Shown here in pieces: positions 63,791 to 64,000 of a stretch of DNA of 64,000 bases; the stretch's first letter is position 1; every line of letters begins with the position of its first letter. The notes under the pieces are model-generated. The model was not told where the DNA came from. It was given only the letters and a program-made list of their open reading frames with translations, and ran no database searches. A program made the position numbers and the translations under genes. Source of the DNA: an uncultured virus (IMG/VR IMGVR_UViG_3300025109_000005) (taxonomy: Duplodnaviria > Heunggongvirae > Uroviricota > Caudoviricetes). The stretch lies in the IMG/VR virus record IMGVR_UViG_3300025109_000005; one strand, 5' to 3'.

Positions 63791-64000
63791 ACAGCTTCCC
63801 TGACGATGCCTCGCCTCACCGATCCAGTTGTTGTGCAGATCATGGACAGGCGCGGAACACAGAGCTGATGAAATCCTGCACGACGTGTCGTACTCGAGGA
63901 GAGCAGACTTGCGGCTGGATGCCGCGGTTGGAGATCAGCTCGCGCCTGAGGGATTAGAAGATTGCAACATAATAGATGTAGAGGACGAACAGTTGAAAGG

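Overview
This window is most of a tailed dsDNA bacteriophage genome with high GC and a podovirus-like tail (adaptor/nozzle plus very large internal virion proteins, no tape measure or sheath). I recognised no integrase, phage RNA polymerase, tRNA or CRISPR array. Layout: (1) 1-4200, leftward early-type small genes built as cassettes with repeated RBS blocks and sigma70 promoters sharing an operator-like palindrome. (2) 4689-7793, a C5 DNA methyltransferase and a lipoprotein. (3) 7844-19778, a leftward packaging block (terL, portal, scaffold) interleaved with accessory genes. (4) 19873-47779, rightward capsid, tail, ejection and membrane genes, including a 3346-aa polyvalent protein. (5) 47727-48855, endolysin and XRE regulator. 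(6) 48962-63518, replication/recombination genes: SF2 helicase, Mom-like GNAT fused in frame to a Cas4-like nuclease, AAA ATPase, SSB-like protein, UDG-PolA, Rad50-like ATPase and DUF927 helicase. The best candidate for an undescribed system is a short helix (consensus about hxxh[RK]x[SDE][AG][QR][DE]; RRSAQD is identical in two proteins). It sits at the C-terminus of the scaffold and at the N-termini of five or six accessory proteins in the same operon, two of which have a polymorphic-toxin-like layout. I read this as a possible scaffold-mimic capsid cargo-loading system. Other notable points are a PolA with His at the steric-gate Glu position, the Mom-nuclease fusion, and annexin-like and GYF_2-like modules in putative ejection proteins. 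All family assignments come from motif recognition by eye, not database searches.
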